Positions 59,863-64,000 of a DNA stretch of 64,000 nucleotides are shown piece by piece. This DNA is from Alphaproteobacteria bacterium (GTDB lineage Bacteria > Pseudomonadota > Alphaproteobacteria > UBA828), in contig OZ243972.1 of assembly GCA_965214705.1 (NCBI GenBank), positions 416,001 to 480,000 of the forward strand. The letters are read 5' to 3'. Position numbers and translations under genes: made by a program. Each line of letters begins with the position of its first letter. The stretch's first letter is position 1. The notes under the pieces are model-generated. The model was not told where the DNA came from. It saw only the letters and a list, made by a program, of their open reading frames with translations, and made no database searches.

Positions 59863-59908
59863 GGTGCGATCCTCATTCGTGGGGCTCCCTGGCCCCGGGA
59901 TCGTCACG

Positions 59909-60544
59909 CTACGAACTCTCCGGCGGCGGGTCCGGCCCCGCCCGTTGTTGGAACGCAGATTTGCGACTCATCACGCCGATTCCGTGGGGTTGGAAGCCCA
60001 GAGGCGCGGGCAGCGTCTGCAGTTGCCCGGCGACCAGGCCGCGCAGCGCCATCAACGCGCTGTCGCTCTTCAGACGCTCGCGAACCGCGCTCATGGTGGC
60101 CGCGCAGCCCGCGAGCTTCTCGGGGATCAGACCGATGACACGGGCAAGCGCGTCGTAGACGAGATCCAGCCGCCGGCGCAGCCAACGAAGCGCGCCGGGA
60201 AGCTCGATGGCGTCATCGTCCTCGGGGCAGCGCGCCTCGTCCGCTGCCTCCTCCAGGCTGCCGGCCTCCTCCGCCGCCACCACAACATCTTCCAGCGCAT
60301 CGAGCGTGCCCGGCAGCCGCGCCGCCAGACAGTCCGGCAGAAGGCTGATGGTCGTGTGGCTCTCACGGCAGTACCAGCGAGCAATCTTCGCGCCCTCGGG
60401 CGTCTTGCGCTCATAGGTGCCGTGATGGGCCACAGAGCATCCGCCATGCGGATGATTCGGGCACCGATCGAGCCTTGCATCGCGCCACGCCTCGGCCCTA
60501 ACGTATTCCTCGCCGGTAAGCCCCGTTTCATACCGAAGCTGCAC
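59909..60544 (-). CDS. Transposon ORF1 (intact, Zn-binding motif)
   Basis: MQLRYETGLTGEEYV..CPNHPHGGCS..HGTYERKTP..WYC. Confidence 0.75.
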   Translation of the reverse strand: MQLRYETGLTGEEYVRAEAWRDARLDRCPNHPHGGCSVAHHGTYERKTPEGAKIARWYCRESHTTISLLPDCLAARLPGTLDALEDVVVAAEEAGSLEEAADEARCPEDDDAIELPGALRWLRRRLDLVYDALARVIGLIPEKLAGCAATMSAVRERLKSDSALMALRGLVAGQLQTLPAPLGFQPHGIGVMSRKSAFQQRAGPDPPPESS

Positions 60545-60914
60545 CGGCCATGGCCCGGCGGGAGTTCCGTCCCCCGGGCCTCTCTTCGTCGTTCAGAGAG
60601 AGGCCGAGATTACGGACGCCCCCCGGCGCCGCCAAGCTGTGGAGCCGTGGACGCGTCCTGCGGACCGATCGGCGTCCTGCGGACCGTGTGGACAGCCCGT
60701 GGACAAGCTGGCGCTTGCCCACCGCCTGACCACACTCGCCGATCTCGCGCCCACCGCTCCACAGCTTCAACAGCAATGAGGATATTGCTGAGGATCAAAA
60801 GAAGAGCCGCGGACAGCGCCCTTCCCACATTCAGCCAACATCCCCGGAAATCCGCCGTCGGATCAGTGTGACCAAAAAGCCCGGCCTTCTATCGACTTAA
60901 ACTGCGAAACAACA

Positions 60915-62347
60915 CCCATGCCAGTGTTGCAGCCTTGTGCCCAGCCCTCCATCGCTCTGTCGGACTTGCCCGATCCCGCTGCTGAGGCGGTGAGCCGGGT
61001 GCTCGCGCTGTTTGACGAACACGTCGGATCCGGTGTGGGTCCCGACGACTTCGAGGCGGCCGAGCGGGATGCACTCAGTGCCATGAAGGAGGTCTGCTGC
61101 CTGCTGCTGCGCAGCGTCATCGAGAGCCGCGATGACGGCGCCGCGCGGATGGAGCGGGACGGGCAGGTCTGGTACCGGGTGGAGGAGACCGCCAAGACGG
61201 TGATGACGTCTGTGGGCGCGGTCGAGTATCTGCGCCCGCGCTACCGTCGGGACGGCATGTCGGCTTCGATCGTTCCGGTAGACGAGAGCCTGGGTCTTGT
61301 GAACGGCTGTCTGACCCGGACGGCGGCGCATCTCGGCGCTTGGCTGATGGGTCATTGCCCGGCCCGCGAAGCGGAGGCCTTTTTCCGGAAGATGGGGACC
61401 ATGACCCCGTCGGCGAGCACCCTGCAGCGCCTGGTCAAGGCGGTGCACGGGAACTGGGAGACAATCAGCGGGACGGCGCTGGACGAGATCCGGGTTGCGG
61501 AGGGCATACCTGCGGCAGCGGTCACGGCGGCGGTCTCGCTTGACGGCATCATGGTGCCGCTGCGAGCAGGCGAGGACGGCCGCGCAGAGGCGGCTTGGCG
61601 CGAGGCGTCCTGTGGCACGGTCTCGTTCCACGACAGCGACGGCGAGCGGCTGCACACACTCTACCTGGGGCGCATGCCGGAAAGCGGCAAGGTCAGCCTC
61701 AAGGCCGAGCTCAAGGCCGACGTTGCCCATCTCCAGGCGTCCCGTCCCGACATCGCAATCGTCGCCATCGCAGACGGCGCCCCCGACAACTGGACCTTCC
61801 TGGAGACCCTCTCGCCCATGGAGGAAGCCGTCGACTTCTGGCACGCTTGCGAACACCTCGCGACGGCGTCTGACCATGCCCTCGCCCACAACTGGTTCGA
61901 GAAGTACCGTGAGATCTTGCGTCATGATCCCGACGGGGTGGAGAAGGTCATCCGCGCCCTGCGCCACCTGCTCGGCAGAGCGACCTCGGGGAAGGCCGAG
62001 ATCGAGCGGGAACTCGCCTTCTTCCGCAAGAACCGGCACCGCATGCGCTACCGCGCGCTGAAGGATCGCAAGATGCCCATCGGCTCGGGCGTCGTCGAGG
62101 CGGCCAACAAAACCCTGGTGACGCAGCGTATGAAGAGGTCTGGCATGCGCTGGCGGATCGCCGGCGGGCAGGCTGTGCTCACCTTCCGCGCGCTCATCAA
62201 GTCGGGACGCTTCGAGCGGGCCTGGGACGCCCTGGTCGCCAACCTCATGGCACCCGCCAATGACAACCGCATCATTCACGATATGGCGCTGGCTGCCTGA
62301 GCAGAATGACCATCAAAACACAGTCCCGCCATACGAGACTTGCTCCC
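60915..62347 (+). mobile_element. ISKra4-like element copy 2, left end removed
   Basis: Matches 33217-34649; begins 3 bp before the ATG. Confidence 0.85.
60918..62300 (+). CDS. ISKra4-like transposase (copy 2)
   Basis: Same protein as 33220-34602. Confidence 0.88.
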   Translation: MPVLQPCAQPSIALSDLPDPAAEAVSRVLALFDEHVGSGVGPDDFEAAERDALSAMKEVCCLLLRSVIESRDDGAARMERDGQVWYRVEETAKTVMTSVGAVEYLRPRYRRDGMSASIVPVDESLGLVNGCLTRTAAHLGAWLMGHCPAREAEAFFRKMGTMTPSASTLQRLVKAVHGNWETISGTALDEIRVAEGIPAAAVTAAVSLDGIMVPLRAGEDGRAEAAWREASCGTVSFHDSDGERLHTLYLGRMPESGKVSLKAELKADVAHLQASRPDIAIVAIADGAPDNWTFLETLSPMEEAVDFWHACEHLATASDHALAHNWFEKYREILRHDPDGVEKVIRALRHLLGRATSGKAEIERELAFFRKNRHRMRYRALKDRKMPIGSGVVEAANKTLVTQRMKRSGMRWRIAGGQAVLTFRALIKSGRFERAWDALVANLMAPANDNRIIHDMALAA

Positions 62348-63815
62348 GCTGTGGCGGTCAGATTGTCCTGGAAATCGGGACCGCTCTCTGTTCCTGTCGG
62401 GTTTCGGACAACGTCGACGGAGAGGGCGGCCCCATGTCGCTGGGACAGACACTATCCGGATTCTGGCATCACATTCAAGCGGATCTTTTCCCGTGGCTTG
62501 AGGAGGAGCTCGGGCCGCTCGGCGAGAGGTACCGGCGCTTCGTCACCGTGCTTGAGCTTGCGCGGGTCGAGAGCTTCCTTCCCCATTTCCATGGCCTGCC
62601 CGGCCGGCCGGTCGAGGATCGGGCGGCCTTGGCCCGCGCCTTCATCGCCAAGGCGGTGTTCGACGTACCCACGACGCGCGCCCTGATCGAGCGCCTTGAG
62701 AACGACAAGACGCTACGCCGTCTCTGCGGCTGGACCTATGCCGCAGAGATCCCGAGCGAGGCGACGTTTTCGCGGGCGTTTGCGGAGTTCTCCGAGAGTG
62801 CGTTGCCCGCTCGCGTGCATGAGGCGCTGATCAAGCAGACCCTCGGAGACCATCTGGTCGGGCACGTCTCGCGCGACTCGACGGCGATCGAGGCGCGCGA
62901 GAAGCCTCAGCCCAAGCCCAAGGCGGAGAAGCCGAAGCGCAAGCGCGGCCGACCGCGCAAGGGCGAGGAGCGGCCCAAGGAGGAGCGCCGCGTGAAACGC
63001 CAGCTCACGATGAGCTTGCCCCAGATGCTCGACGACCTGCCGAAAGCCTGCGACGTCGGCACCAAGCGAAACGCCAAGGGCCATACCACATCGTGGATCG
63101 GTTACAAGCTGCACATCGACGCCGCCGATGGCGGCATTCCGATCAGTTGCATCCTGACGTCCGCCTCGCTGCACGACAGCCAGGCCGCGATCCCGCTGGC
63201 GAGTATGACCGCCGACCGCGTCACCAATCTGTACGACCTCATGGACTCAGCCTATGACGCGCCCGAGATCGGCTGGCACAGCTACCTGCTGGGCCACGTC
63301 CCGATCATCGACATCAACCCTCGCGACAAGGAGTACAAGGAGGAGCTGGCGCGCGAGGCCCGGGCGCAGAGAGGCGTCGGTCACCGCCACCCGGCGGACG
63401 AGCGCTACAACGAGCGCTCGAACATTGAGCGCATCAACGGTGGGCTGAAGGACAACTGTGGGGGCCGCCATGTCCGCGTGCGCGGCCATGCCAAGGTTCA
63501 TTGCCACCTGATGTTCGGCATCCTGGTGCTCACGGTCGACCAGCTGATGCGCTTTCTGACCTGAGCCCCGCCTTCGGTCCCGTCCCTGTCGTCCTCGCAC
63601 GTCCCCCTCGACGGGGGCGCAAAGAGCCATGTCCGCATCGCGACGGCGGGTCCAAAATGCGCCCGCATGGGCATCGGTTTGCGGCGAATCGGCGCCCCGG
63701 CGGCAGCCAGCGACGTCCGCTCGTCCCGAAGTTCATGTTACGTTCCGACCGCCAATGTCCTCACGCCGGGCTCCCGGGAAAAGCAGACCGCGCCTGGGAG
63801 TTTTGCAAGTGGCTC
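62348..63815 (+). mobile_element. IS5/IS1182-like element lacking its left IR
   Basis: Right end GGAGTTTTGCAAGTGGCTC complements the left IR preserved at 36596-36614. Confidence 0.75.
62434..63564 (+). CDS. DDE transposase (IS5/IS1182-like)
   Basis: PSEATFSRAF, HVSRDSTAIEARE, GYKLHID, LMDSAYDA, RSNIERING. Confidence 0.88.
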   Translation: MSLGQTLSGFWHHIQADLFPWLEEELGPLGERYRRFVTVLELARVESFLPHFHGLPGRPVEDRAALARAFIAKAVFDVPTTRALIERLENDKTLRRLCGWTYAAEIPSEATFSRAFAEFSESALPARVHEALIKQTLGDHLVGHVSRDSTAIEAREKPQPKPKAEKPKRKRGRPRKGEERPKEERRVKRQLTMSLPQMLDDLPKACDVGTKRNAKGHTTSWIGYKLHIDAADGGIPISCILTSASLHDSQAAIPLASMTADRVTNLYDLMDSAYDAPEIGWHSYLLGHVPIIDINPRDKEYKEELAREARAQRGVGHRHPADERYNERSNIERINGGLKDNCGGRHVRVRGHAKVHCHLMFGILVLTVDQLMRFLT

Positions 63816-64000
63816 TAATAGCGGGTAGTTGGCTTATGGGGCCCCTTGCCCTGCAGTTGCTTGGGCCGGCGCATGGGAAGCGTCACAAGGCCCCGAAAAT
63901 GCTGTCGAATCAGCCCGTGCCGGCGTGGAACAAGCGTACCCCGCTGCTGGCGACAGTCTGGGATGCCTACGTTTCACGAAATGAGCCATAGGGATAGAGA

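Larger units (their letters stand above)
57238..60914 (-). mobile_element. Four-gene TGT..ACA transposon, copy 2 (inverted, no MITE)
   Basis: Near-identical to 37541-41392. Flanks GGCGG/CCCAT do not match. Confidence 0.92.

Noticed and set aside
62260-62433. N-terminal extension of the 434-aa ORF
   Set aside because: Derived from the ISKra4 end; the real start is the ATG at 62434, supported by the fragment at 36425-36614.

Overview
High-GC accessory region, probably from a proteobacterium (the sponge-symbiont-like LRR and methylase-HNH content is only an inference). It is dominated by nested mobile DNA. From left to right: a MOBF-type relaxase-helicase with convergent ribbon-helix-helix genes and a putative oriT duplicated as a large inverted repeat; two tandem IS630 elements, one invaded by an IS66-like element whose two ends carry group II intron sequence and the other by an IS110 with a candidate bridge RNA; an IS3 hit twice by an 890-bp transposase-less element; two pairs of tandem tyrosine integrases; IS1634, IS1595, ISKra4-like, IS66, IS91-plus-integrase and IS5/IS1182-like elements; a 4-gene TGT..ACA transposon (DDE + ExeA ATPase) in two inverted copies; and several MITEs. 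Cargo genes include nnrS, a triple cold-shock-domain protein, HU, an EEP nuclease, a coiled-coil protein with a RelE-like tail, a methylase-HNH fusion, a split O-antigen-ligase/LRR fusion, a zinc-finger repeat protein, a HEAT-repeat protein, higBA and a truncated lipoprotein. The most unusual feature is the IS66 / group II intron chimera at 5541-8505. All calls come from reading the sequence by eye; no database searches were run.
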